The notes under the pieces were generated by a model. The model ran no database searches and was not told the DNA's origin. It worked only from the letters and a program-made list of their open reading frames with translations. Shown here one piece after another: positions 62,140-64,000 of a stretch of DNA of 64,000 nt. A program made the translations under genes and the position numbers. This DNA is from the human T2T-CHM13v2.0 reference genome, Homo sapiens: assembly GCF_009914755.1 (NCBI RefSeq), contig NC_060940.1. One strand, written 5' to 3'. Within the stretch, counting starts at the first letter, position 1. Each line of letters begins with the position of its first letter.

Positions 62140-62770
62140 AGCTCTTTTCTTGAGCTGCAGAGCAACTTGAGAAAGAACTTGGTGATGACTTTGCCAGGTA
62201 TCTCTCCAGGTCATTTATAATAAAGCAAATCATTTGACATCTGCTTCTTCACTCGGGCTCTTCGTGGGGCCAATCAAAGGGACAACAAATTTCCCATCTC
62301 AGAGCTGCTAATGAAGGTTAAATAATTAATGCCTGGAACAAAGTAGAGGAGGCTGGACAGCTTCCCGGCTGCAATCTCCTGCCCATGCCTGTGGACATCC
62401 CGCTCTGATCTCAAGCCCACCGTGCTCAAACGGCTGGCTTCATGCCGCTGCCTCCATCCCAGCCCCACTGGCCTTTCTCCTCATGGCAAGCACAGAGTAT
62501 AGAATGGGCAGAAGTTGTTTCTAGGAGCAAAAACTCAAACCAGAAGAGCCCTTGAAGAGATACTCAGAGGCACTCCTCATCAGGGAAATGCATGTTGAGG
62601 CAATGAGATGTCGTTTTATGCTTTATACTGATTAGATAGGCAAACAGTAGAAAGCTGGAGAATGCCCAGTGTTGGTCAGGATATGGGAACTTTAAGCAGT
62701 GCAAATTCAACGTAATCTACGCTGTGACTCCATCAGCCTGCACCTGGATGCACACTCCAAGTGGATCCTT

Positions 62771-62823
62771 GGTCCTTAGGAGGACACAGGTCCTTAGGAT
62801 GCACACAGGTCCTTAGGAGGACA
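62771..62823. repeat. ~18-bp tandem repeat x3 (GGTCCTTAGGAKG(C)ACACA) in an old L1 remnant
   Basis: Units start at 62771, 62789 and 62808. Confidence 0.85.
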
Positions 62824-63101
62824 GGCCTGAGGATGTTCTCTGCAGCTTCCTTTGTGGTGACAAGGATTTGGAAACAAGCTCGTTGTCTATCACTAAGAGA
62901 ACAGACAGGCACAGGAGGAGCGCAGTGTGGAGAATCAGGCGGGTGTTGGGTTAGGTATAGACACAGCCACATGGATAATCTCAAACAGAGTGCATGAAAA
63001 CTGAAGAAACAGAATGAGATCTATAGCACAAACTGAGATCAACTGCATTACTGTTCAGCAGACATTCACAGCCGTCCTTCTTGGGGAACAGTCTTCCCCA
63101 C

Positions 63102-63784
<683 letters not shown>

Positions 63785-64000
63785 CCCATCCTACTAACTT
63801 TGGGCCTGAACATGTGACTTGCTTTGTCCAGTGACATAGGGGCAGAGGTGACCATGTGCCATCACCCAGCCAGGGCTTACACAGTATCCCAGATCATGGC
63901 TCACCCCTGTTGCATTTCCACCGCTGCCATAAGAATATCCCCTGGTGCTGGCCCCAGTGTGACAGGAGATGTGTCCAGCAAGAAGACCTGAACACAACCC

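Overview
Human (or great-ape) genomic DNA lying inside GSG1L, the claudin/PMP22-superfamily AMPA-receptor auxiliary subunit gene, on the minus strand. The only supportable coding sequence is one 153-nt, phase 1-1 internal exon at 15640-15792 ([52 protein letters not shown], recalled as exon 3). Everything else is intron, heavily filled with Alu, MIR, L1/L2, MaLR/ERV solo LTRs, DNA-transposon fossils and simple repeats. Nearly all other ORFs in the track are repeat artefacts. I found no convincing new multi-gene system. The best leads are: a probable alternative first exon/promoter with a uORF about 3.4 kb upstream of the exon; a MER41B LTR with both STAT1 GAS motifs intact; a four-layer nested insertion (MIR > MER31-like LTR > Alu > THE1) with all target-site duplications (TSDs) readable; inverted Alus flanking a stop-free 3n exon; a short L1 3' transduction; a candidate poison microexon; and a 1.15-kb polypyrimidine VNTR. 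Repeat family names come from recalled consensus sequences, not a search, and boundaries without a TSD are approximate.
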